NCBI GenBank assembly: GCA_039679545.1
Contig: JBDKUT010000135.1
Location: 1 to 14,008 of the forward strand
Length of the DNA stretch: 14,008 bases
DNA from: Thermotogota bacterium
GTDB taxonomy: Bacteria > Bipolaricaulota > Bipolaricaulia > UBA7950 > UBA9294
Direction of reading: 5' to 3'
The notes under the pieces were generated by a model. It was not told where the DNA came from and ran no database searches. It worked only from the letters and a program-made list of their open reading frames with translations. Of this stretch, positions 1 through 7,982 are shown piece by piece (the stretch's first letter is position 1; each line of letters starts with the position of its first letter). The translations under genes and the position numbers were made by a program.

Positions 1-1037
1 TGTCGCTGGGACCGAAGCTGTCCGCGTTCGAGAAGGCGATCGCCGACTACGTGGGGGTCGATCACGCGGTCGCGGTGAACAGCGGGACGAGCGCGCTGCA
101 TCTCCTCGTCCGCGCACTCGGACTGAAGGACGGCGACGAGGTGATTACGACGCCGTTCAGCTTCATCGCTTCGACGAACTGCATCCTGTTCGAGCGGGCG
201 CGGCCGGTGTTCGTCGACATCGACCCCGTCACGCTGTGCATCGACCCCCAGCAGGTCGCTGCGGCGATCGCTCCCCGCACGAAGGCGATCCTCGCCGTGG
301 ACGTGTTCGGTCACCCCGCGGATTGGGCGGCGCTCGAACGGATCGCGGACGCCCACGGGATCGTGCTCATCGAAGACTCCGCGGAGGCGCTCGGCTCGGA
401 GGTCGAGGGACGCCGGTGCGGGTCGTTCGGCCGTGCGGGGATCTTCGGCTTCTACCCGAACAAGCAGATCACGACGGGAGAGGGCGGCGTCTTGGTCACG
501 GACGACGAGGCGCTTGCCCAGGTCTGCCGCAGCCTTGCCGATCAGGGCCGCGGCGACGGCGGATGGCTCTCCCACGTGCGGGTGGGCTACAACTACCGTT
601 TGGACGAGATGTCGGCGGCCCTCGGCCTGTCGCAGCTGGCCCGGATTGAGAGGATCATGGCGGACCGGGCGCGCGTCGCGGACTGGTACCTTGACGGGTT
701 GGCGAGCGTGGAAGGTGTGGTGCCCCCTGCGGTGCAGCCCGGGGTGCAAATGAGCTGGTTTGTCTTCGTGGTTCGACTGTCGAAAGAGTTTGCTCGCTCG
801 GATCGCGACCGGGTGCTCTCGGAGCTCTCGCGGCAGGGGATCGGCTGCCGCGATTACTTCCAGCCGATTCACCTCCAGCCGTACATCCGTGAGCTTCTCG
901 GCACGAAGGAAGGCGACTTCCCGGTGACGGAGGCGGTCGGTGACCGATCGATCTCGCTTCCGTTCTACAACCGGCTGCAGCACGACGAGGTGGATCGCGT
1001 CGTTGCGGCGCTCTCGAGCGCGGTGAGGCGAGGATGA
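1..1037 (+). CDS. DegT/DnrJ/EryC1/StrS family PLP-dependent sugar aminotransferase (5' truncated by window edge)
   Basis: The frame is open from base 3 (SLGPKLSAFEKAIADYVGV...), so the true start lies upstream of the window. Family motifs: NSGTSALHL, TPFSFIAS, IEDSAEALG, FGFYPNKQITTGEGG (PLP lysine), GYNYRLDE, SLPFY. Confidence 0.95.
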   Translation, partial: SLGPKLSAFEKAIADYVGVDHAVAVNSGTSALHLLVRALGLKDGDEVITTPFSFIASTNCILFERARPVFVDIDPVTLCIDPQQVAAAIAPRTKAILAVDVFGHPADWAALERIADAHGIVLIEDSAEALGSEVEGRRCGSFGRAGIFGFYPNKQITTGEGGVLVTDDEALAQVCRSLADQGRGDGGWLSHVRVGYNYRLDEMSAALGLSQLARIERIMADRARVADWYLDGLASVEGVVPPAVQPGVQMSWFVFVVRLSKEFARSDRDRVLSELSRQGIGCRDYFQPIHLQPYIRELLGTKEGDFPVTEAVGDRSISLPFYNRLQHDEVDRVVAALSSAVRRG

Positions 1038-2905
1038 GACCGCGCGCCCTGGAACGACCCTGGGTGCGTCGCACGGGCGTGCTCCTTCTCGATGCGATCC
1101 TCGTGTCGGCGTCGCTCACCTTGGCGTTCTGGCTCCGCTTCGACGGTGCGATCCCGGCGGCGTTCGTTCCGGTGCTCCTGGCGAGCCTTCCCCTGGCGGC
1201 GGCGGCGAAGATCGGAGTCTTCCTGACCCTTCGCGTCGATCGCCTGAGCTGGAAGCACGTCGGCGTCGACGAGCTTGGGCTCATCTTTGTCGCCTGCGTC
1301 GCGGGCTCGGTCGTCTTCGCGCTGGCCGCGCTCGCCCTCCGCGAACTGGGCGCCTTTGGCGCATTCCCGCGATCGGTCCTCGGGATCGACTTCCCGATCT
1401 CGTTCCTCGCCGTCGGCGGCGTCCGCCTGTCCCGCCGCTTGGCCGATCGAATCGCCCAGCGATCGGGCCGGCGGGGGAGTCCGTCGGAGCGGCGGGCCGT
1501 GATCGTAGGAGCAGGGAACGCTGGAGCGCAGCTTGTTCGGGCGCTTCAGGAGGACGCGAACCGCCCGTACCGAATTGTCGGATTCCTCGACGACAACCCG
1601 CGGAAGATGGGGGCGGTGGTCCACGGCGTCTCCGTCCTCGGTCCGCGGTCGGATCTCGGATCGGTCGTACGGAAGCACGAAATCACGACCATCCTGATCG
1701 CGATGCCGTCCGCACGGGGCGACGCGATCCGCGACACCGTTCGAGAGGCGCGGCGTCTCGGCGTCGAAGACATCCAGATCGTCCCCGCCCTGTCGGAGCT
1801 CTACACCGGGCGCGTGACGGGGGCGGAGCTGCGCCGGCTGGAGCCGGCCGACGTGCTGCAACGGGAGGAGGTCCGCATCGGAGCGGAGTCGATCCAGTCG
1901 TTCCTGGGCGACCGCTGCGTGCTCGTGACCGGCGCGGCGGGATCGATCGGGTCCGAGCTGTGCCGTCAGGTCCTGCGCTTCGGAGCGGCCCACCTCACCG
2001 CCGTCGACTTCGACGAGACCGGGCTCTTCGACCTCCAGAACGAGCTCCGTCGACGCTTCCCGGAGGCTTCGTTCGAGGTGGTGATCGGCGACGTCCGCGA
2101 TGGGGAGCAGATGTGGGCGCTGTTGGCGCGGTGCGCGCCCGACGTCGTGTATCACGCCGCCGCGTACAAGCACGTGCCGATGATGGAGGCGTTCCCGGCG
2201 GAGGCGATCAAGACGAACGTCGTCGGAACGCGCAACGTCCTCGAGGCTGCGCGAGGGGCGCGGTGTGCCGCGTTCGTCCTCATCTCGACCGACAAGGCGG
2301 TGAACCCGTCGTCGGTCATGGGGGCTTCGAAGCGCGTCGCGGAGATGCTCGTGCGCGGACACGCTGAAGGGCCCACGCGGTGCCTCGCCGTGCGTTTCGG
2401 GAACGTGCTCGGTAGCCGTGGCAGCGTGCTCCAGACCTTCCAGGCTCAGGTCGAAGGCCGCCGTCCGGTCACCGTGACCCACCCCGACATGGAGCGCTAC
2501 TTCATGGTCACCGCCGAGGCCGTGCAACTTGTGCTCCAGGCAAGCGCTGTGGGGGAGGCCGGGCAGGTTCTCGTGCTCGACATGGGAAAGCGGGTTCGCA
2601 TCGTGGATCTTGCGCGCGACGTGATCCGCTTCTACGGCCTCGAGCCCGACGTCGACGTTCCGATCGTGTTCTCGGGGATTCGGCCGGGTGAGAAGCTCTT
2701 CGAAGAGCTCTTGTCGGCTGAGGAGGGAACGGACGCGACCGACCACGCACGTCTGTTCGTAGCTCGCCTCAAGAAGCCGAGCCCCGGTTGGGACAGCGAG
2801 GTGGACGAGCTCGTGCGCGCTGCGGGCGACGCTGACGGCGCGGGTGTTATCGAGCGTTTGAGACGCCTTGTTCCCACCTACCGCCCTGCGTCCACCGACG
2901 GATAG
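1034..2905 (+). CDS. Membrane-bound nucleoside-diphosphate-sugar 4,6-dehydratase, PglF/CapD/WbpM family (polysaccharide biosynthesis protein), 623 aa
   Basis: About four N-terminal hydrophobic segments, then IVGAGNAG and GFLDDNP. The C-terminal SDR domain has VTGAAGSIGSEL, HAAAYKHVP, ISTDKAVNP, MGASKR (the MxxxK variant typical of this family), VRFGNVLGSRGSV and GIRPGEKLFEEL. ATGA overlap with the upstream aminotransferase. Confidence 0.95.
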   Translation: MRPRALERPWVRRTGVLLLDAILVSASLTLAFWLRFDGAIPAAFVPVLLASLPLAAAAKIGVFLTLRVDRLSWKHVGVDELGLIFVACVAGSVVFALAALALRELGAFGAFPRSVLGIDFPISFLAVGGVRLSRRLADRIAQRSGRRGSPSERRAVIVGAGNAGAQLVRALQEDANRPYRIVGFLDDNPRKMGAVVHGVSVLGPRSDLGSVVRKHEITTILIAMPSARGDAIRDTVREARRLGVEDIQIVPALSELYTGRVTGAELRRLEPADVLQREEVRIGAESIQSFLGDRCVLVTGAAGSIGSELCRQVLRFGAAHLTAVDFDETGLFDLQNELRRRFPEASFEVVIGDVRDGEQMWALLARCAPDVVYHAAAYKHVPMMEAFPAEAIKTNVVGTRNVLEAARGARCAAFVLISTDKAVNPSSVMGASKRVAEMLVRGHAEGPTRCLAVRFGNVLGSRGSVLQTFQAQVEGRRPVTVTHPDMERYFMVTAEAVQLVLQASAVGEAGQVLVLDMGKRVRIVDLARDVIRFYGLEPDVDVPIVFSGIRPGEKLFEELLSAEEGTDATDHARLFVARLKKPSPGWDSEVDELVRAAGDADGAGVIERLRRLVPTYRPASTDG

Positions 2906-2914
2906 GGAGCGCCG

Positions 2915-3637
2915 ATGAGGAGGCCCAGGGAGCGCGTGGTGGGTGCGGTGCTGGATGGGTCGGGGATGCCGGCGGCGTCGGCCGTGGACGTCTGGCGGGT
3001 TGCGATCCCGGGACCCTCGGAGCCGTCGACGGCCGCGCTCTCGTCGGAGGAAGTCCAGCGGTTGCGACGGCGCCTCGGCGAGACGGATCGTCGGTGTGCC
3101 CTTGTCGCGTGGACGTCCCAGCGAGAGATTCTCTCTCGCTATCTTGCGTGTGCGCCGCGTGACGTCCCGCTGGAGCGTGACGGGAATGGACGGCCCTTCC
3201 TGCGACCGAGCGGCTCCGTCGAGCACAGCATGGCCCACTCGGGGGATTGGATGATGCTTGCCGTGTCCTGTATAGGCCCAGTGGGCCTCGACCTTGAACG
3301 GGTCGACCGATCGCTCGACGTGGGGCGGCTCGCCGCGCGGTTCTTCGCACGGGAAGACGCTGCCGCCCTCGCTGTACTCCCCTCCGCGGAGCAAGCGGAG
3401 GCGTTCTTTCGTGCTTGGACGGAGAAAGAAGCCTACTTGAAGGGGGTCGGCGGAGGCGTGCCGTCACGCCTGCGCTCTGTGCAGGTGGAGTTTGACTTCC
3501 AGACGGGGAGCCGTGCCGTCGGGGAGTGGAGCCTCCACCCCGTCGAGGCTCCCGCCGGGTATGTGGCATGCCTCGCCGTGCAGGCTGTCAACGTTCGGAT
3601 CCGCACGATCGACTTCCCGGATCGTAACGAGCGCTAG
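2915..3637 (+). CDS. Sfp-type 4'-phosphopantetheinyl transferase, ~240 aa
   Basis: Motifs GRPFL, SMAHSG, VGLDLE and FFRAWTEKEAYLKG (WxxKEAxxK); size fits a monomeric Sfp-type enzyme. GGAG at 2906-2909 precedes the ATG. Alternative in-frame starts at 2936 and 2966 cannot be excluded. Confidence 0.9.
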   Translation: MRRPRERVVGAVLDGSGMPAASAVDVWRVAIPGPSEPSTAALSSEEVQRLRRRLGETDRRCALVAWTSQREILSRYLACAPRDVPLERDGNGRPFLRPSGSVEHSMAHSGDWMMLAVSCIGPVGLDLERVDRSLDVGRLAARFFAREDAAALAVLPSAEQAEAFFRAWTEKEAYLKGVGGGVPSRLRSVQVEFDFQTGSRAVGEWSLHPVEAPAGYVACLAVQAVNVRIRTIDFPDRNER

Positions 3638-3933
3638 GTTCGTGACAAGATCGCGATTCGAAACAGGATGGCGGTCACGCCGAAAACGATCATCCCGATG
3701 ATGGCGCAGACGTACGCATAGTAGAGGGGGCCGACGCGCCCGGTTTCGCGCGTCGTGACGTCGCAGTAGACGCGCAGGTAGCGAAGGATGTGGCGGCGCC
3801 GCAGGAGAGCGAAGAATCGCCGGTTCGTCTCGGCTCCTCGAGTCTCGAGGAGTTCAGCAATGAGCGACCCGATCACTCCGGACGCCACCGCGGAAGCGAT
3901 GGAGAGAACTCCGAGCGCGTATACGAGGCCCAT
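3634..3933 (-). CDS. Small hypothetical membrane protein, 99 aa, two predicted TM helices around an Arg-rich loop
   Basis: The ATG at 3933 has AAAGGA upstream. Hydrophobic N-terminal (GLVYALGVLSIASAVASGVIGSLIA) and C-terminal (YYAYVCAIIGMIVFGVTAILF) segments. It fills the gap after the PPTase gene, and its stop overlaps the PPTase stop in CTAG at 3634-3637. The ORF track's start at 3984 adds a non-hydrophobic extension. Confidence 0.7.
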   Translation of the reverse strand: MGLVYALGVLSIASAVASGVIGSLIAELLETRGAETNRRFFALLRRRHILRYLRVYCDVTTRETGRVGPLYYAYVCAIIGMIVFGVTAILFRIAILSRT

Positions 3934-4023
3934 GGCGCCGCGATCCTTTCGGACCCGTCCGATCCGCTGAGGACAGTACCGCACGGCGTGACGGACGACA
4001 AGAGGCGTGCGGTTCAGCCATGG

Positions 4024-4176
4024 GAGCGCACCGCATCTTGCGTGCGACGTTCGAGAACGACGTAGCGCCTATGCGCTCGGTTCCCACGCGAGAGCGCACC
4101 GCACCATTGTGTGCGACGTTCGCGGATGAAGAACGTCGGAGGCAAGCTCTCGGCACCAAGACGAAACGCCGAGAGC
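4024..4176. repeat. Degenerate two-unit tandem repeat with internal inverted repeats
   Basis: Core copies are gagcgcaccgcatc-ttgcgtgcgacgttcg (4024-4053) and gagcgcaccgcaccattgtgtgcgacgttcg (4092-4122). Similarity continues in agaacgacgtag (4054-4065) versus agaacgtcggag (4130-4141). Perfect 9-bp inverted repeat gctctcggc/gccgagagc at 4146-4176. Confidence 0.8.
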
Positions 4177-4225
4177 CAAGCTCACGACGCTACTTGATCG
4201 AGCGACGACATGATTGCGTGCGGGG

Positions 4226-4254
4226 TTCGGAGTACGGCCCGCAGCGGCTAGAAT
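4226..4254 (+). promoter_or_regulatory. Putative sigma70-type promoter of pepT (likely leaderless transcript)
   Basis: TTCGGA (4226-4231), 17-nt spacer, TAGAAT (4249-4254). The ATG begins 7 nt after the -10 hexamer and has no Shine-Dalgarno sequence. Confidence 0.6.
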
Positions 4255-4260
4255 GCACCC

Positions 4261-5547
4261 ATGACTCCTAAGACCACGCCAGCAGGACTTGCGACGAGCG
4301 ACGCGAAGCGGAAGCTCGAGGAGCGGTTCGTCCGCTATGCCGGGATCGACACGCAGAGCGACGAAGCGTCGAGCACTGTCCCCACCACGGTGAAGCAACT
4401 TGACCTTCAGAGGCTGCTTGTCGAGGAGCTTCGGAGCCTCGGCGCCGCCGACGTTCGGCTGAACGATGCGGGGTTCGTGCTTGCGACGCTGCCGGCGACC
4501 GAGCAGGGACCGATCCCCACGGTCGCGTTCCTCGCTCACGTCGACACGGCCGCCGACTACTCCGGCTCAGGCGTCCGGCCGATCGTCCACCGTGACTACG
4601 ACGGGGCTCCGCTTGTGCTTCCCGGGGACCCGGAGAAGCGGCTCGACGCGCGATCGGCTCCGGAGCTCCTGAGCAAGGCGGGGGAGACGATCATCACGGC
4701 TGACGGCACCACGCTCCTTGGCGGAGACGACAAGGCGGGGGTCGCCGTGATCGTGACCTTGGCCGAAGCGCTCCTCTCGCACCCCGAGCGTCGCCGCGGC
4801 GCGGTCCGCGTCTGCTTCACGCCGGACGAGGAGACGGGGACCGGGATCGGTCACCTCGCGCTCGATGAGCTTGGAGCCGACGTCGCGTACACCCTTGACG
4901 GCGAGAGCCTTGGCGAGGTCACCTACGAGAGCTTCTCGGCCGACAAGGCCGTGGTCCGGATCGCCGGCGTGGCGATCCATCCCGGGAAGGCCAAGGGAAA
5001 GATGGTCAACGCCCTCACCCTCGCCGCGAAGCTCGTCAATCTCCTTCCGGACTACGCGCGATCGCCGGAGACGACGGACGGGCGCGATGGATTCATCCAC
5101 CTCGTCGGCATGTCGGGAAACGCGTCGGAGGCAGAGCTCCACTTCATCCTGCGCGACTTCGAGCGCGACGGCCTGGAAGCGCACGGCGAGGCGCTCCGCC
5201 GCGCGGTCTCCGCGCTCGGCCTGCTCGAGCCGCGGGCAAAGCTCGAGTGCACCGTCGAGCGGCAGTATCGGAACATGCGGTACTGGCTCGAGAACGACAT
5301 GCGGCCGGCCGACCTGGCGGTCGAGGCCGTTCGGCGCGCCGGCGTCACGCCGAAGATCGTTCCCATCCGCGGCGGGACCGACGGCTCGCAGCTCACCGAG
5401 CGCGGGCTCCCGACGCCGAACCTGTTTGCCGGTGTGCACAACCCTCACGGACCGCTCGAGTGGGTCAGCGTCGAAGACATGGAGAAGTGCCTCGACGTGT
5501 GCCTCCACCTGGTCGATCTCTGGGCGGGCGAGAAGAAACAGAAGTAG
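4261..5547 (+). CDS. pepT: Peptidase T (tripeptide aminopeptidase, M20B), 428 aa
   Basis: ERFVRYAGIDTQSD, AHVDT, TLLGGDDKAG, FTPDEETG, HPGKAKGKMVNA, ILRDFE, QYRNM, PIRGGTDGSQL, PTPNLFAG, HGPLEW. Confidence 0.95.
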   Translation: MTPKTTPAGLATSDAKRKLEERFVRYAGIDTQSDEASSTVPTTVKQLDLQRLLVEELRSLGAADVRLNDAGFVLATLPATEQGPIPTVAFLAHVDTAADYSGSGVRPIVHRDYDGAPLVLPGDPEKRLDARSAPELLSKAGETIITADGTTLLGGDDKAGVAVIVTLAEALLSHPERRRGAVRVCFTPDEETGTGIGHLALDELGADVAYTLDGESLGEVTYESFSADKAVVRIAGVAIHPGKAKGKMVNALTLAAKLVNLLPDYARSPETTDGRDGFIHLVGMSGNASEAELHFILRDFERDGLEAHGEALRRAVSALGLLEPRAKLECTVERQYRNMRYWLENDMRPADLAVEAVRRAGVTPKIVPIRGGTDGSQLTERGLPTPNLFAGVHNPHGPLEWVSVEDMEKCLDVCLHLVDLWAGEKKQK

Positions 5548-5565
5548 GCGCGGGGTCCGGTCGAA

Positions 5566-5606
5566 CTGCGAAGGCCGGCCGGAACCGGTCGCCGTGCAGG
5601 TCTTTT
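5566..5606 (+). terminator. Possible intrinsic terminator of pepT
   Basis: Interrupted GC stem ctgcg..ggc.ggccg-gaac-cggtc.gcc.tgcag followed by gTCTTTT, starting 19 nt after the stop. The stem is imperfect and the U-tract short. Confidence 0.4.
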
Positions 5607-5727
5607 GATGCTTGGCTGGGTCCGACGTCGAGGAACTCGTGGGGGCGGCTCCGCTCGGTCAAATGCGGCCCCGCGCGCTTGTCCGTCCCTCCCCAGTTCC
5701 TGAGCGCCGCCCATTCGTGGCAGGAGA

Positions 5728-7872
5728 TCAGCCTCCTGCGGGCCCTCCTTCCTCGAGCAGGAGAGCTTCGACATCGGGCGGCAACGCCTCAAGCCCGCCC
5801 TTCACGACGCGAACGTACAGATCTCCCACGCGGACGATCACGGCCTCGCCCACGGCGAGGTGCGGGCCGATCCACGGCACGACGCGGAGGAGGTCGAAGT
5901 AGGCCGCGCTGTACGGTGCGATGTCGAGGGTCTCCTCGCCGGCGTACGCGCTGTCGGTCCAAGTCCCCTCGCGGAGGAAGTACGCGCGATCCTCGACGAT
6001 CCTCACGCTCTCCGTGGGCGATTGGACAGTCTCGCTCGCCGCCAGCGACTTGAGCGCCGAGCTGGCCTGGACTGCGCTCGCGCCGGAGGCCGGCGCGGCG
6101 GCCCGGTAGACGGCGTCGGCCGCCTCTTCGGCGGAGAGGTTCGCGTTGTCGATCAGGAAGGATGTGTACGGCGTGATGATTCCGTACTCCTTGGACAGGG
6201 CGATGACCTCGGTCACGAGCTCGTCGCTCTCGCCGTACAGTCGGATCTCGTCGAGCAGGTAGGCGATCTTTCGCCCGGCCCAAAGACGCGGCAGGAACGA
6301 CGCCTCGGACGACGCGGCGGGAAACTCCTGCACCAAGGCGTACTCGGCCGGTCCCGCCTCGGCTTGCCCGGAGAGGACGATCTGCCCGGTGCCTTCGCCG
6401 CGGTAGCGTCCGAGGATGAGGAGTTGGGTTCCTCGGAAGACGTCGGGAAGTGACCGCGGGTAGACGTCAAACGCCTCGATCCCCTCGATGGAGAGGGTCG
6501 GCTCGGTCAGGACCGGGGAAGCAATCTTGCGGTAGAAGCTCGACAGCGCGACCTCGAGGTTCTCGCCCGGGAGAACGTAGGTCGTCGTGCCGCGGTTCTC
6601 CTGGGCCAGTTGGTCGAGGAGAACGGTGTTGACGTTGTACCCGACGCCGAATGCGAACAGGCGGGCCGACGTCGCGTTGGCCGCGAGGGCGCGGGTGGCG
6701 ATCTTCACGGGGTCTTGCTCGCCGACCGTCGGCTCGCCGTCGGTGAGGAAGACGAGAAACCGGGGGCGGTCGTTCGGCTCGAAGAGAGCGAACGATCGCC
6801 GCAAGACCTGATCGATGTTTGTCCCGCCGGTGGCGTCGACGCGGGCGACAGAAGCGAGAGCTTCTTCGATCGACGCCGACGCGGCGGGGACAAGGCCGGC
6901 CTGCTGCCCCTCGACGAAGTCGCTGAACCAGACGACGGCGAACCGGTCGTCGGGGTTCAGGTTGCGCAAGATGAAGGAGAGGGCGCTCTTCGCCTGGTCG
7001 ATCTTCTCGCCGCTCATGCTCCCCGACCGGTCGAGCACGAGGACCAGGTCCTTGGGGAGCGGCTTCGCCGCGGAGGCCGGGTCGGGGGGCGTCGCGACGA
7101 GGAGGAAGAAGCCGTCTTCCCCGGGGGCGCGGTTGATGAGTAGGGTCATCCCCATGTCCTCGGTCGACGCCGCGTAGAAGAGGAGGAAGTCGCTCGTCGG
7201 AAGGACGTTCGTCGCCTCGTAACGACCGCTCGCGGTTTCTGCGTCGAGGCGGACGACGTTGAGGTCGTGGGACGGTGAGTAGACGGTCGTGAGGGGCGCG
7301 GTCGTCGAGACGGTGACCGCGATCGTCACGCGTTCGAGGGGCCGAGCCGAGAGCCGCTCCGGATCGAGCGGATAGCGGTAGCGGTAGACGCCGTCCTCCG
7401 CGGAGAGGAGTTCGGAGTACGTGATCTGGATCCTCCGCTCTTCGCCGGGTCGGATGGGGAAGATTTTCGCGGAGAGAGCCGAGCGGCCGACGTACTCGAG
7501 GAGCGCAGGATCGACGGCGCGACGGACGTAGTCCTCGTAGATCGAGCGAGCCTCGTCGGCGTCGAGGACCTTCGCCTCGAGCGCTTCGCCGTCGACCCAC
7601 ATGAGGAACCCCGACACGACGGCGCCCGGCGGAATCGGGAACACGTAGCGACCTTCCAGCGTGCGCCCGGTCTCGTTCCGGAAGACCTGGTCGACGCGCG
7701 TGGTGACGACGCCGTCCTGGGCGTCGATCTGGACGTCATGGTAGACGACGTCGACGCGGCCGATCTCAGGAAGGTCGGGAAGGATAAAGCCGTCGCCGTG
7801 CACAGGCGCCGAGAGCGTGGCGACGGCAGCGAGGACGACGAAGGACGCAACGAGGATTCTCTCTACGGCCAT
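5728..7872 (-). CDS. Secreted VIT + von Willebrand factor A domain protein (inter-alpha-trypsin inhibitor heavy chain-like architecture), 714 aa
   Basis: Signal-peptide-like N-terminus (...AAVATLSAPVHG/DG). VIT-like region (TTRVDQVFRN, EGRYVFPIP, DPALLEY). vWA MIDAS residues DRSGS, GGTNI, FLTDG, plus FAFGVG. C-terminal PRLWA and ITPYTSFL. GGAGG lies 8 nt before the ATG. Confidence 0.9.
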   Translation of the reverse strand: MAVERILVASFVVLAAVATLSAPVHGDGFILPDLPEIGRVDVVYHDVQIDAQDGVVTTRVDQVFRNETGRTLEGRYVFPIPPGAVVSGFLMWVDGEALEAKVLDADEARSIYEDYVRRAVDPALLEYVGRSALSAKIFPIRPGEERRIQITYSELLSAEDGVYRYRYPLDPERLSARPLERVTIAVTVSTTAPLTTVYSPSHDLNVVRLDAETASGRYEATNVLPTSDFLLFYAASTEDMGMTLLINRAPGEDGFFLLVATPPDPASAAKPLPKDLVLVLDRSGSMSGEKIDQAKSALSFILRNLNPDDRFAVVWFSDFVEGQQAGLVPAASASIEEALASVARVDATGGTNIDQVLRRSFALFEPNDRPRFLVFLTDGEPTVGEQDPVKIATRALAANATSARLFAFGVGYNVNTVLLDQLAQENRGTTTYVLPGENLEVALSSFYRKIASPVLTEPTLSIEGIEAFDVYPRSLPDVFRGTQLLILGRYRGEGTGQIVLSGQAEAGPAEYALVQEFPAASSEASFLPRLWAGRKIAYLLDEIRLYGESDELVTEVIALSKEYGIITPYTSFLIDNANLSAEEAADAVYRAAAPASGASAVQASSALKSLAASETVQSPTESVRIVEDRAYFLREGTWTDSAYAGEETLDIAPYSAAYFDLLRVVPWIGPHLAVGEAVIVRVGDLYVRVVKGGLEALPPDVEALLLEEGGPAGG

Positions 7873-7946
7873 CGGGATCGCCTCCAGGACGTTTCACGGA
7901 ATCTACACGCAGAATGCCTGGGCGGTTTCCGGGCTCCGCGGACCCC

Positions 7947-7976
7947 TTGACAGTCCGGCGTTGTTTGCCCTAAAGT
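7947..7976 (+). promoter_or_regulatory. Near-consensus sigma70 promoter with no credible downstream + strand CDS
   Basis: TTGACA (7947-7952), 18-nt spacer, TAAAGT (7971-7976), intergenic in an otherwise GC-rich sequence. Confidence 0.7.
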
Positions 7977-7982
7977 GGACTC

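Noticed and set aside
965..3394. 809-aa - strand ORF and other long antisense or alternate-frame ORFs (e.g. 4567-5508, 6467-7600, 9548-10888)
   Set aside because: Shadow ORFs of well-supported genes in high-GC DNA, with Arg/Pro/His-rich translations and no recognisable motifs.
4024..4122. Minimal CRISPR array (30-31 nt repeats, 38-nt spacer)
   Set aside because: Only two imperfect copies and no cas genes in the window. The supposed spacer resembles the sequence after the second copy, which indicates tandem duplication rather than unique spacers.
3600..4180. Integron cassette / attC site around the small membrane gene
   Set aside because: No properly placed RYYYAAC...GTTRRRY core pair was found, and there is no integrase in the window.
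3854..4271. Short ORFs 3854-4159 (-) and 4020-4271 (+) across the repeat region
   Set aside because: No RBS or recognisable protein features; they overlap neighbouring genes and are better explained as non-coding repeat sequence.
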